IMG/VR virus record: IMGVR_UViG_3300017761_003320
Location: 64,001 to 128,000 of that record
Source: a virus
DNA length: 64,000 bases
Strand: one strand, 5' to 3'
Shown: positions 45,701 to 54,998 of the stretch, piece after piece
Layout: each line of letters begins with the position of its first letter
Numbering within the stretch: position 1 is the first letter of the stretch
The notes under the pieces: model-generated
Told to the model about the DNA's origin: nothing
Databases searched by the model: none
The model's input: the letters and a program-made list of their open reading frames with translations, nothing else
Made by a program: the position numbers and the translations under genes

Positions 45701-48700
45701 AAAGTATTTCCTATTAAGAACCCTAGATTTACTATGAAAGATATTGGTGTTCTTAGAGATAGAATTGAAAATCTTGAATATTATACAACTCTAAATTTAT
45801 TAGAGATGGATACCAAAAATCTATTGATTCAAGATGAAACTGGTAATAATAGATTCAAGAATGGTATTTTGGTCGATCCATTCTACGGCCATAATGTTGG
45901 AGATGTTACTAATTCTGATTATAAGATTTCTGTAGATTCAGCTAAGGGTGAAGCACGTCCACCGTTTAAGCTAGACAATTTTGAATTATTCTATAATTCT
46001 GCTAATTCATCAAATGTGGTTCGTACGAATACGACTACAGGTGGTGTGGCTAGAGATCAGATAGTATTCATTTCAAATAGTGCCGCTGCATTTGCGAATG
46101 GTCAGACTGTAACCGCAGGTGGTGCATCTGGTACATTAAGATTTAAAGTCAATAACAAACTGTATATTGAAAATGCTACTGCAAATTTCTCTACAGGAGC
46201 TACGGCAACAAGTGGAGCTGTATCATCTACAATTTCTGGTGTATATGCAATTCCACCTGGAAATCTTATAACTCTACCATATACACATGAAGTTTTTGTT
46301 CGCCAGCCATTTTCTTCTACTACAAAAAATGCAGCAGGTTTATTTTGGAAATGGAATGGTAGAGTATTTTTAAATCCTGATAGTGATTATTGGACAGATA
46401 CTGTCCAATTACCTGATGTAAATGTCAATGTTGATAATTTTGATGATAATTGGGCGCAAAGCGGGGCCTGGGGTACTTCTTGGAATAATTGGCAAACCGT
46501 TTGGCAATCATCATCGGATGCAGTTGTAAATAATACAACAGTATCAACTCAAGGTGATGCTACAATAGCAACAACAACAAGTACCACTACAACTACAACG
46601 ACATCTGGTCAAGTTAGAGAAGGTATTCAGTATTCACTAACTCCAGTAACAACTACAACTAATTATGGCCCAAGAGTCATATCAACAAACATACAACCGT
46701 TTATGCGGTCTAGACCTATTAGATTTACCGCAACAGAAGTTAAGCCTGGTGCAAGATTATATGCATTTTTTGATGGCACACCAGTATCAGAATATGTAAC
46801 TCCAACCAATTCATCCTTTGCAAATACTGCTAGAGAAGGTGGTCCGCTTTTTTCGGCTGCTAATGGAAATGTTTATGGTATATTCAGAATTCCTGCTGAT
46901 GAAAGATTAAGATTTAGAACTGGTACATTAAGATTCCGTTTGTCAGATTCACAGACAAATGATATATCAGCAGGATCATCTTTGACTTCAGCAGAAGGTT
47001 CATATTCATCGCAGGGATTGACACAACAAACTCAATCTACCATAGTATCAACTACCAATCCACAAGTTGTTATGACGGCCGTATCTGAAAGTCAAACTGC
47101 AATTACTAATGCAGTATCAACAACAACTACTTCAGTTAGTGCATCAGTTACTCAAAATATTACAAATGTAATTAATGTTACTCAAGTTGTACAGCAACCA
47201 GCCCAAGAAGATCCAATAGCGCAATCATTCACTGTTAATACTCTTGCGGTAGGTAAAGTAAATGGTTCTGGTGCATTTGCTACAAAAGTTGATCTTTTCT
47301 TTGCATCTAAATCCACAACACTTGGATGTGAAGTCCATCTAAGAGAAATTGATACATTATCAAATACTATAACACCCAGGGTAGTTCCATTCAGTACAGT
47401 ATTTTTGCAACCAGCAGAAATAAATGTAAGTGATAATGCTTCTGCGCCAACACCAGTATATTTTAGCGCACCTGTATATTTACAAAATGGTAGAGATTAT
47501 GCAATAATAATAAAACCAGTAGGTAATAATCCAGATATAACTTTGCATATCTCTCGTTTAGGTGAAGTTGATAAATTAACAGGTAATAGAATAACTTCTC
47601 AACCAGCCGCTGGTATGCTATTTGCTTCAGCAAATGACAAAGTTTATACAGCGATTCAAGAAGAAGATTTGAAATTTACACTTTATGTTGCAAACTTCCA
47701 AAATTCATCGGTAGGTTCTGTAGTATTTAAAAATGAATTACGTGATTATTTGGAAATTGCAAATGCATCAGCAGCTTTTATTCGAGCTGGTGAATTAGTT
47801 CACGGTGAGACAATTCTTGTTGGAACATTTGCTAACACAAAACATGTAAATACCGGAGTTACTTATGTTCAAGGTATGACTTCGGGTGCTACTGGAACCA
47901 TATCACGGTTTAGCACATCACAATTACGGGTTCGTAATGTATCATTGACTTCAAAATTTAGAGGTGGTGAAACTATTCGCATTCGCAATACAAATGCAAC
48001 AACAGGTGTCATAGTTGGTAATTCGACTGGGGGTATCACCTCAGCAACAACACCAACTGGTCGCGTAGCATATTTTGATGCGGTATCATTTGCGAATACC
48101 TATTTGCATCTGGCAAATGTGGCCTATACAAATAGTGGCGCAGCTTCTGGTTCAGGTAGAGTTTTCTTTGCTAATAACTGGATTCGCGGTCAAGTTAATG
48201 GAGCGATAGCTCGCATAGTTAAACTTGATCGTCTTCAGGCCGATGTATTAAATATATCTACTGATTTCTTGACACCAACAAATACCGCGATAATTGTATC
48301 TGGTAAATTTGCCACAAGCAATAGCAGTAGAGATACCTCATATATCAATCTTGATGTAAATAATAATAATGAATTTGCATCACCTAGATATGTGCTTAGC
48401 CGTAGTATGGAATCTAATACTTCGATTAGTGGTACTTCAATGGGTGCAGATAGATCAGCAGAAATTAAGACCTCATTGATTAGCTTGAATAGATATGCAT
48501 CACCAGTTCTTGATGTTCAACGCATTTCTGCTATCATAGTGGAGAATTTGATTAATAATGATACAACTGGTGAGGCCAATACCGCAAGTGGTGGTAATGC
48601 TTTAGCAAAATATATTACTAGAAAAATGACACTTGCTGATGGTCAAGATGCGGAAGATATTAGAGTTTATCTGACTGCTTATCGTCCACCTGGATCAAAT

Positions 48701-49066
48701 GTAAGTGTATATTACAAAATTCTACACAAAGAAGATAGTGATACATTTGCTAATGCTAGATGGATTCCAATGGATCCTTCTTCGGAAGCAGGATTTACAT
48801 CATCTACCACATATTCTAGCTCAGAATTGAAAGATGATTTTAGAGAATATGTATTTGTCCCACCTGTTTATGTTGAATCTGGTGGAGAGTCTGCTTATAA
48901 ATCGGGAACAAATCCAAGCAATAGTGATATAATTGAATATAAAAATTCAACTGGCGCTAAATTTGTTGGTTATAAGTATCTGTCAATCAAGGTCATTTTA
49001 ACAAGCACGTCAACAACAAATCCACCAAGATTAGATGATGTTAGAGTGATTGCATTACAGAGATGA
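42761..49066 (+). CDS. Very large virion structural/fibre protein (DUF4815/VrlC-like)
   Basis: NLNVDPYYDDFD, ILFRPG..VQARELT, RTYDESGNY, RIENLEYYT, RFKNG and DPIAQSF motifs. Confidence 0.8.
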   Translation: MASIANTVTISTNLNVDPYYDDFDESKNFHRILFRPGLAVQARELTQVQSILQNQIDRFAEHIFKEGSVIRGCQTLLDKDVLFIKLRDRASNGTTTVNVYSFLNKTITGVTSGVSASVIKVNDGSEANTPNYKTLFVKLTGANGPIRMFSNGEIINSTSGGFTANLISSGATGFSALMKISSGVIFAKDHFVRTDDDLLVLSKYSSNTSGRIGFNVIESIVKESDDSTLLDPASGSYNYAAPGAARLKLSARFVTIGLNETASNNFIELVQLKDGVIQSQSDTPQYGLLRDYFAKRTYDESGNYVVKGLNPRLREHLLSANNQGVYTSGEGGDSAKLVVELTPGKAYVQGYDIETLQSARVAIDKANDYASVSSASTIIDYGNYVIVDNIVGNWGVNSQALVSLRAQQANAVSTLSYSTTSLPSTQIGTARVRSLEHYSGTPGLPSAQYKLYLTDINMNSGFGFTNVQSIGYDGGAGTALGKADILGSNGLNANTSESAFDRAVFRLPAKYIRRLRSTSGTVVSDFRFKKSFDITFGTAGTATVTTGLASETFSGSGALSASLGRANYYVVARGSGNTGAIGTLRLSTTSGSNTITRSNSSIDLTTRISPGELIRVANTGDFIVTSVSASSLTTLSTASATRTGMRVHKLIKQGQILDFGGSGGLAGTARSITVSSSTQTDFDLKETLGSSINATVIAELNKVDGQEASKTVNRNRLVQIRVGSGGGTSYVANTTGPWPLGLSDGFKLLSVRKKSGSNFASLTEGTDVTNSFVLDSGMNDSYYSHAQLVKKPGAGISISSGDRLLVKLDYFIHSYSTGVGYFSVDSYPVSDATAGTDTTKIYTYDIPRFTSQRTGILYDLRDCIDIRPRMTDTANTVTSLSNISINPKLSTSFDQPSGGLRFMSTGDTFTTDLDYYLYRNDRIVLDRKGIFSLVRGVPSNNPTTPDEPLDSMSIATINLTPYPSLPDEQARRVGRTDLASKVFPIKNPRFTMKDIGVLRDRIENLEYYTTLNLLEMDTKNLLIQDETGNNRFKNGILVDPFYGHNVGDVTNSDYKISVDSAKGEARPPFKLDNFELFYNSANSSNVVRTNTTTGGVARDQIVFISNSAAAFANGQTVTAGGASGTLRFKVNNKLYIENATANFSTGATATSGAVSSTISGVYAIPPGNLITLPYTHEVFVRQPFSSTTKNAAGLFWKWNGRVFLNPDSDYWTDTVQLPDVNVNVDNFDDNWAQSGAWGTSWNNWQTVWQSSSDAVVNNTTVSTQGDATIATTTSTTTTTTTSGQVREGIQYSLTPVTTTTNYGPRVISTNIQPFMRSRPIRFTATEVKPGARLYAFFDGTPVSEYVTPTNSSFANTAREGGPLFSAANGNVYGIFRIPADERLRFRTGTLRFRLSDSQTNDISAGSSLTSAEGSYSSQGLTQQTQSTIVSTTNPQVVMTAVSESQTAITNAVSTTTTSVSASVTQNITNVINVTQVVQQPAQEDPIAQSFTVNTLAVGKVNGSGAFATKVDLFFASKSTTLGCEVHLREIDTLSNTITPRVVPFSTVFLQPAEINVSDNASAPTPVYFSAPVYLQNGRDYAIIIKPVGNNPDITLHISRLGEVDKLTGNRITSQPAAGMLFASANDKVYTAIQEEDLKFTLYVANFQNSSVGSVVFKNELRDYLEIANASAAFIRAGELVHGETILVGTFANTKHVNTGVTYVQGMTSGATGTISRFSTSQLRVRNVSLTSKFRGGETIRIRNTNATTGVIVGNSTGGITSATTPTGRVAYFDAVSFANTYLHLANVAYTNSGAASGSGRVFFANNWIRGQVNGAIARIVKLDRLQADVLNISTDFLTPTNTAIIVSGKFATSNSSRDTSYINLDVNNNNEFASPRYVLSRSMESNTSISGTSMGADRSAEIKTSLISLNRYASPVLDVQRISAIIVENLINNDTTGEANTASGGNALAKYITRKMTLADGQDAEDIRVYLTAYRPPGSNVSVYYKILHKEDSDTFANARWIPMDPSSEAGFTSSTTYSSSELKDDFREYVFVPPVYVESGGESAYKSGTNPSNSDIIEYKNSTGAKFVGYKYLSIKVILTSTSTTNPPRLDDVRVIALQR

Positions 49067-49287
49067 CAAAGCCACCTTTTGCTAAAATAAAAAATGAATC
49101 AGGTTATGTTAAAGATATGGCCAATAAGGCTATACTCTCAACTGATCTTGTTGGATTAGAAGCATATAAGACGAGAAAGAAAAAAGCGGTCGAAATGCAA
49201 TCCAAATTAGATGAGATAAATACTCTAAAGCAGGACGTCGCTGAGATCAAGGATCTATTAAAACAGCTACTCGGATCCAAGGAATAG
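49063..49287 (+). CDS. Small coiled-coil virion-associated protein
   Basis: KAIL...EINTLKQDVAEIKDLLKQLL; usual position after the DUF4815-like gene. Confidence 0.7.
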   Translation: MTKPPFAKIKNESGYVKDMANKAILSTDLVGLEAYKTRKKKAVEMQSKLDEINTLKQDVAEIKDLLKQLLGSKE

Positions 49288-49293
49288 TCATAG

Positions 49294-49884
49294 ATGGCTA
49301 AAATTGCAAATGTCGCATTAACTAATACGTTTGATACCTGGAGGATTCGATCTAACCAGGCATTTAATCGTTTAAGTCAATTTGCGATTGATGAATCAAA
49401 ACTTTATGCTAATACACTAACTGCTAACGTGCAGTTTGTATCTTTAGGTGCAACAAAGCTAGGTTCAAGTGCCACTACAAGAATTATAGCTAATGGTCTA
49501 TTATCAACTAACGGCAATTTTACTGTATCAGGTAACTCAGTTATAGGCGCGGCCACTAAGCGTACTGTGATAAATGGAACGGTAACGGCTAACGGCAATT
49601 TAACAATAACTGGTAATACTACGATCGGTGATGCCGCTACTGATAGATTAACTTTAAATAGTAATACTGTTTCAATTGGTGCGGCCGTATTAAATATTGA
49701 TACTGGACTTCTATTTTTACAGAAAAATTCAAATAGAGTAGGTATTAATACACTACGCCCAAATACGGCTTTTCATGTGAATGGTGTGGTCTTGGCAAAT
49801 AGTGGATTCAAATATCCAGACGGAGCTTTAACAACTGCGCCACTATATGTGTATGATGATACCGGCTCTCAGTTGTATCCATAA
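49294..49884 (+). CDS. Tail fibre/adaptor protein
   Basis: NTFDTWR N-terminus; GNxTVxG beta repeats; RVGINT..P...FHVNG. Confidence 0.65.
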   Translation: MAKIANVALTNTFDTWRIRSNQAFNRLSQFAIDESKLYANTLTANVQFVSLGATKLGSSATTRIIANGLLSTNGNFTVSGNSVIGAATKRTVINGTVTANGNLTITGNTTIGDAATDRLTLNSNTVSIGAAVLNIDTGLLFLQKNSNRVGINTLRPNTAFHVNGVVLANSGFKYPDGALTTAPLYVYDDTGSQLYP

Positions 49885-49893
49885 GGTAATACG

Positions 49894-51153
49894 ATGGCAA
49901 ATCCTTTAAAGGTCAAAAAAACAGGCGCTACATTTAACGGCCTGCAGCTTATGACAAATGCAGAGATGAATTATACTGTCGATGTTGTTCTTAAATTATT
50001 TGCCAATACAAATTCAGGTCTTGGTACTGTAAATATTGATGGTGCTACTGGTACATCAATTGGTACATTTGTTGATACTTCTAGATCAGGTTCTGTTGGT
50101 GATCACCCAGTTGCAGATTCACCTACAACAGTAACCACATATACATTTAAGCAAGATGTTACAACTGCTGCAACAGAAGTTATAACAAGGCCGATTGAAC
50201 ATTCATCTAGCGGTATTAGACAACAAAATGATACACAGCTAAATGCATCAATCATCACACGAGCCTTAGCTAACTGTGCAGCATCTGGTATAGGTTCATA
50301 TGCATTACAACCTAGTGCTCCAGTTGGAACTTGGACATCAGTCGGCACCATAACAAATAGTGTTATCGGTGCAACCAATACATCAACCTTGTGGAGAAAA
50401 ACTGGTGGTACTGCCCCAACCGCGGTAAGACCATTAAAATATCAAACTAGTCCGTCAAAATCTTTCAAAGAAATGACGGATGTTGAAATACAAGGTCTTA
50501 CTAATAGATTTCGTAATCAGATCATATCTACTGGTATTTGCACTTACAAATTACAAACATCAGCTCCATCACCAGGCACATGGACTACAACCGGTGCGGC
50601 CTTTGATGATACTAGAAATACACTAGCATCTGCGAACTATACCGGATCATATACTGGTTCATATGGAGCCACTTATAGTGGATCCTTTGCAGGATCTTAT
50701 GCAGCCACTTATAGTAGATCCTTTGCAGGATCTTATGCAGCCACTTATAGTAGATCCTTTGCAGGTTCTTATTCCGGTAGCTATTCCGGTACATATTCTG
50801 GTCCTTATTCAGGATCTTATACAAGAAATAGATCACAAAATTTTCAAACATTTTTTACTGGATTTGGTGGTACGATTTTTACTGGATTCTTTACAGGATT
50901 TTATACAGGGTTCTATACAGGATTTTATACAGGATCTTATACAGGATCTTATACTGGTAGCTATACTGGGAATTTTGCTGGTACATATACTGGTAACTAT
51001 ACTGGGAATTTTGCTGGTACATATGCTGGTAACTATACTGGGAATTTTGCTGGTACATATGCAGGATCATATGCCGGATCATATGCTGGAACAACTATTC
51101 AAGCAAGTTCAGCTACCATTTCAACAGTCAGCCTTTGGGTGAGGACCGCATAA
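49894..51153 (+). CDS. Fibre-like protein with (Y/F)xGx tetrapeptide repeats
   Basis: 38 four-residue units at 50638-51093; Thr/Ser/Gly-rich. Confidence 0.7.
   Translation: MANPLKVKKTGATFNGLQLMTNAEMNYTVDVVLKLFANTNSGLGTVNIDGATGTSIGTFVDTSRSGSVGDHPVADSPTTVTTYTFKQDVTTAATEVITRPIEHSSSGIRQQNDTQLNASIITRALANCAASGIGSYALQPSAPVGTWTSVGTITNSVIGATNTSTLWRKTGGTAPTAVRPLKYQTSPSKSFKEMTDVEIQGLTNRFRNQIISTGICTYKLQTSAPSPGTWTTTGAAFDDTRNTLASANYTGSYTGSYGATYSGSFAGSYAATYSRSFAGSYAATYSRSFAGSYSGSYSGTYSGPYSGSYTRNRSQNFQTFFTGFGGTIFTGFFTGFYTGFYTGFYTGSYTGSYTGSYTGNFAGTYTGNYTGNFAGTYAGNYTGNFAGTYAGSYAGSYAGTTIQASSATISTVSLWVRTA
50638..51093 (+). repeat. 12-bp periodic repeat array with two 36-bp x3 sub-arrays
   Basis: GCCACTTATAGT(A/G)GATCCTTTGCAGGATCTTATGCA x3 from 50668; TATACTGGGAATTTTGCTGGTACATAT... 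x3 from 50962. Confidence 0.9.
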
Positions 51154-51618
51154 ATGTCTGATAGACAAATTTTGGAACCATATTGGGCATCCAATTTAAA
51201 AAATCAAATAGTATGTAAATTTAAATATGCTGATGGGCGAGAAGTTGTGGCATCCGTATCGCAAACGGATGAAGGTAATCCTGATTGGGATGAAATAATT
51301 CAGAAATTTACTATGGAAGAAATTGATGCCAATACGGCCGCAGGTGTTCAAAGACATGAAGAAAATCGTTTAAAACGTCAGATGGAGCAGCAACGTCAAG
51401 CCGATAATTTTAGACGTGAAGCTTTGTTTATGGCTAAGAGTGATGCATTTGAAGTTGATTTGGTAAGAACTTCTACAAATACTGAGTTAAAATCAAAACT
51501 TAGAAAAGCGGCCTCTATTATGGAAGTTACTTTACTTGCATCTATGATTGCGCTAGATAATTACAACATGCAAAAGGTGACAGTCGATGCCGAAACGTCG
51601 TCAGCAAACACAGCTTGA
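51154..51618 (+). CDS. Hypothetical protein (possible fibre chaperone)
   Basis: Directly abuts the fibre gene; helical C-half. Confidence 0.65.
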   Translation: MSDRQILEPYWASNLKNQIVCKFKYADGREVVASVSQTDEGNPDWDEIIQKFTMEEIDANTAAGVQRHEENRLKRQMEQQRQADNFRREALFMAKSDAFEVDLVRTSTNTELKSKLRKAASIMEVTLLASMIALDNYNMQKVTVDAETSSANTA

Positions 51619-52345
51619 GCCTAGCAAAGGCTATCTTCTTGTAGCATCATATTCAAAAGCTTATTATGATGCTGCAATAAGATGCGCGATATCTATTCGT
51701 GACCATCATCCTGATGCTAGAATAGTTCTGTTTACCCATGCAGATTTTATTAAGGATTCCGATAGATATCTATTTGAAGATGTCATAACTGGTATTCCGT
51801 ATCATATGCGCGCAAAATTATGGGCCCTTGATAAGACTCCATTTGATATAACTCTATATCTAGATTGCGATACTGAAATATGGCATAATGATATTTCTAA
51901 TATATTTGACCTATTAGGTGATAGTGATATCGCAATAACTAATATTCGAGAATATGCTGGAAAAGGCACTAATGTAAGTAAGACTGAAAAAATGACACAT
52001 CACTGTGGTGTATTTCTTTATAGAAAAAATACAACCATTAGCTTTATGCAAAAATGGTGGTGTGATTATTTGATTCAAACAACACGTGGTCCATGGCCAT
52101 ATCCCGAATATGAATCTAATATGAAACCTTGGGATCAATTTACTTTTTGGCGGTTGTTGAAAGAAGAATTTAAAAATATTAAAGTATCAATCTTGCCAGA
52201 TGATGCTAGATGGAATTTCATACATCTGTATCTAGATAGTGAGACCGATAAGCCAATAGTGGTCTGGCACTATACAATACCCAGAGGAATCGTAGATGCA
52301 AACTCTATCAAAGATACATCCTATTCTCCAGAAAATTTTAGATGA
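51587..52345 (+). CDS. Glycosyltransferase, GT-A
   Basis: KLWALDKTPFDITLYLDCD (DxD), CGVFLY and WDQFTFW motifs. Confidence 0.8.
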   Translation: MPKRRQQTQLEPSKGYLLVASYSKAYYDAAIRCAISIRDHHPDARIVLFTHADFIKDSDRYLFEDVITGIPYHMRAKLWALDKTPFDITLYLDCDTEIWHNDISNIFDLLGDSDIAITNIREYAGKGTNVSKTEKMTHHCGVFLYRKNTTISFMQKWWCDYLIQTTRGPWPYPEYESNMKPWDQFTFWRLLKEEFKNIKVSILPDDARWNFIHLYLDSETDKPIVVWHYTIPRGIVDANSIKDTSYSPENFR

Positions 52346-52940
52346 CTTTTCTGATTGGTTTTTCCAACAAGATTTGTCACAATTAAAAATACAAAGACGA
52401 GATGATTTTAAGAAAAATCTATCTTACATAGAATGCACTAATAGAGAATATCTGGAGTCGGCCTTACCGACTCCGGAGAGATTTGGTTTTCCTAGAGACT
52501 GTTATGGTATTGATATGATCATACACCATTCGAAGGAAAGAGAGTTTTTTCCGACTTATTTTGATCCAGTGCTTAGAAAACTAGATGATGATCTAATGAC
52601 ATTTCTTGGCGCTAGAAATAATGCATTAAAGATGTATTATCCACCAGAAGGTTTTATAGGATGGCATAATAATGGAAATGCACATGGTTACAATATAGTA
52701 ATAACATATAGCAAAACTGGTGATGGTGCATTTTATTCATATGATTTGAAAACCAAAGAAATCATAGAATACAAAGATAAGCCAGGTTGGAATATAAAGG
52801 TTGGATATTTTGGTAAATTTTCAGAACCTGATACTGTATTTTGGCATTCGGCTAGAACCGATTGTGATAGATTGACATTAAGCTATATCATATATGATAA
52901 AAATATTTGGGATAATATGATCGAAGATATTCAATCATGA
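52296..52940 (+). CDS. 2OG-Fe(II) oxygenase-like (DSBH) protein
   Basis: YYPPEGFIGWHNN...FWH...R.TLSY; HxN in place of HxD. Confidence 0.6.
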   Translation: MQTLSKIHPILQKILDDFSDWFFQQDLSQLKIQRRDDFKKNLSYIECTNREYLESALPTPERFGFPRDCYGIDMIIHHSKEREFFPTYFDPVLRKLDDDLMTFLGARNNALKMYYPPEGFIGWHNNGNAHGYNIVITYSKTGDGAFYSYDLKTKEIIEYKDKPGWNIKVGYFGKFSEPDTVFWHSARTDCDRLTLSYIIYDKNIWDNMIEDIQS

Positions 52941-53582
52941 TTTGGTTAACATTTGAATAACTTCTGCATCTGACATCTTTAGACTAAACACAGAATCAAC
53001 TAATGAAGTTCTATTGAAAATCCATTTCATATCCAAAATATCATAACCATCTGGATATTCAAATGTAATAAATTCATCATTACCAAAATATTTGATCATA
53101 TATTCTTCACTGGCCGATATGAATTTTTCATATAGATCATGATGATTACCACCAGTCCACATCATGATTGATGAATTTAATATGGTAAAATACATACCCA
53201 AAGTCTTTTTTCGTAAATGAGTATTTACTAAACTTTTATGCGTGATTTTAGATGGGTTTTGTCCTATGATTAGCTTGTCACCAAATTGTAGCATTTCATC
53301 TATAGGCTTTAAAAGCTTCGAATCTAGATCAAAAAATATACATTTTGCACCATCTTCACATAATCCTGGCTTAAATAATAGAAGCTTGAACCACCAACCT
53401 TCCAAATCATGATCACGCACATCTATCGGAATAATATCTGTGCCTATAAATTCGTCGGGGTCATCGGTTAGGCAATAGTGTTTGAATGGTGAACCGAGAT
53501 AAATCTTACTTGATTCATTAATGGCCATAACATATTTTTTGTTATATTTTGGCTTTACTAATATGGAGTATAGATGATACAT
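52935..53582 (-). CDS. Glycosyltransferase-like protein, GT-A
   Basis: KY...YV, HYCLTDD, WWFKLLLF, FFDLD, NSSIMMW and GNDEFI motifs; start at CAT 53580-53582 with GAGG RBS. Confidence 0.75.
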   Translation of the reverse strand: MYHLYSILVKPKYNKKYVMAINESSKIYLGSPFKHYCLTDDPDEFIGTDIIPIDVRDHDLEGWWFKLLLFKPGLCEDGAKCIFFDLDSKLLKPIDEMLQFGDKLIIGQNPSKITHKSLVNTHLRKKTLGMYFTILNSSIMMWTGGNHHDLYEKFISASEEYMIKYFGNDEFITFEYPDGYDILDMKWIFNRTSLVDSVFSLKMSDAEVIQMLTKS

Positions 53583-54315
53583 GTCGACCTCTATAAAATT
53601 CATATGCTATAAGTGGGGAAAGAAATACCCAAGTATATATGTTAACAGATTATATAATATGGTAAAAGCACATTACAATGGCAGCTTTTCTTTTCACTGT
53701 ATAACTGATGATATTTCAAATATTAGAAATGAAATTATAACACACGACATTAATAAAATTGCATCATTTCGTAAAGATATAGGATCAATTTTTACAATAG
53801 AAAAATTAAGTTCATTTAAACCTGGTTTTTTGGATGGAGGTCGATTTGTTTTACTAGACCTTGATATCATAATACATGGTAATTTAACAGAATATTTGAA
53901 TGGGTGTTTTACAGAATTTAGATTGATCAAAAATTATTGGCAACCTGATTATGCAGATATAACCCATTATGGCGGTAATTACTGTTCAATAAATTCATCA
54001 TTCGTTACATGGAAAGATGATCAAGCATCACACATATATGATTTTTATATGAAAAATCTCAATAAGATTTCTCGGGTTTACAATAGTTTTGATAGATCAT
54101 TATATTATCTTCAAGATGGGCAATATGCATTTCATTCAAAAGGAATAGTATATTCTTATAATGGAGGGGCCCACTATCCTGATGATAGGTCCGTAGGATT
54201 ATATAGAGATTCTTATAAAATTTGCATATTTAATAATTCTCATGGTTATGGTATGGATATTAACAATACAAAAAATTGGGCATTAAGCATGTGGAAAAAA
54301 TATGATACCTTATAA
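53581..54315 (+). CDS. Glycosyltransferase-like protein, GT-A (paralog of the divergent neighbour)
   Basis: CYKWGKKYPSIYVNRLYNMV, FHCITDD, LLDLDII and INSSFVTW motifs. Confidence 0.8.
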   Translation: MSTSIKFICYKWGKKYPSIYVNRLYNMVKAHYNGSFSFHCITDDISNIRNEIITHDINKIASFRKDIGSIFTIEKLSSFKPGFLDGGRFVLLDLDIIIHGNLTEYLNGCFTEFRLIKNYWQPDYADITHYGGNYCSINSSFVTWKDDQASHIYDFYMKNLNKISRVYNSFDRSLYYLQDGQYAFHSKGIVYSYNGGAHYPDDRSVGLYRDSYKICIFNNSHGYGMDINNTKNWALSMWKKYDTL

Positions 54316-54940
54316 AGATATGAAAGAAAAAATTTCATCCAAATATAATAAGTTAATAAGAACGTCAGAATGGCCAATATCTCATGTATTAAATGATAGC
54401 ATAGATCCTTATTATTCTAGTATAGAATATGAAATTGTCGAATCTTTGATACCGCATATTGAAAATGGTTCTAAAATTGCCATATTAGGTTCTTGGTTTG
54501 GTATAACTTTTTTAGAAACATTTTCTTTAATAAATCACAAAATAGATACGATAAAGCTATTTGATTATGACCCAACGGTTGAAATAATTGGTAAAAAAAT
54601 ATCCAATATGGTAGATATTGATGTCAAATATCTAAGAAAAAATGTAATTTTTGATGATATAACAAAAGATATAGATGGGTTTAATATCTTCATAATACCC
54701 TATATTCATATGCTATTACCTTTTGATGATATTATTCCAAATGCACCTAAAAATAATTTGATTTCATTGTCTGGTTCAAATGATGCATTTTTAATGAGAT
54801 ATGGAAATCCTATATTCAATGTAGATGATCTAAAGCAACAAACAACATTTTCCGATGAATTGTATATCTCAGAAAAAGAAATGAAATTTCTGGATAGGAG
54901 ATTAAGTTTTAAAAAATCGATTTTAACGGCAAGAATCTAA
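54302..54940 (+). CDS. Class I SAM methyltransferase-like protein
   Basis: KIAILGSWFG motif I followed by LFDYD acidic strand. Confidence 0.55.
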   Translation: MIPYKDMKEKISSKYNKLIRTSEWPISHVLNDSIDPYYSSIEYEIVESLIPHIENGSKIAILGSWFGITFLETFSLINHKIDTIKLFDYDPTVEIIGKKISNMVDIDVKYLRKNVIFDDITKDIDGFNIFIIPYIHMLLPFDDIIPNAPKNNLISLSGSNDAFLMRYGNPIFNVDDLKQQTTFSDELYISEKEMKFLDRRLSFKKSILTARI

Positions 54941-54998
54941 ATAGGCCGTGATCTAGCTATAATATGAATGAAAACATTATAGCTGGAGGATGCCTATT

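Noticed and set aside
50612-51142. Alternative-frame repetitive ORFs (50663-51142 +, 50612-50851 -, 50891-51094 -) and possible CRISPR-like periodicity
   Set aside because: Shadows of the 12/36-bp coding repeats of the fibre gene; no unique spacers and no cas genes
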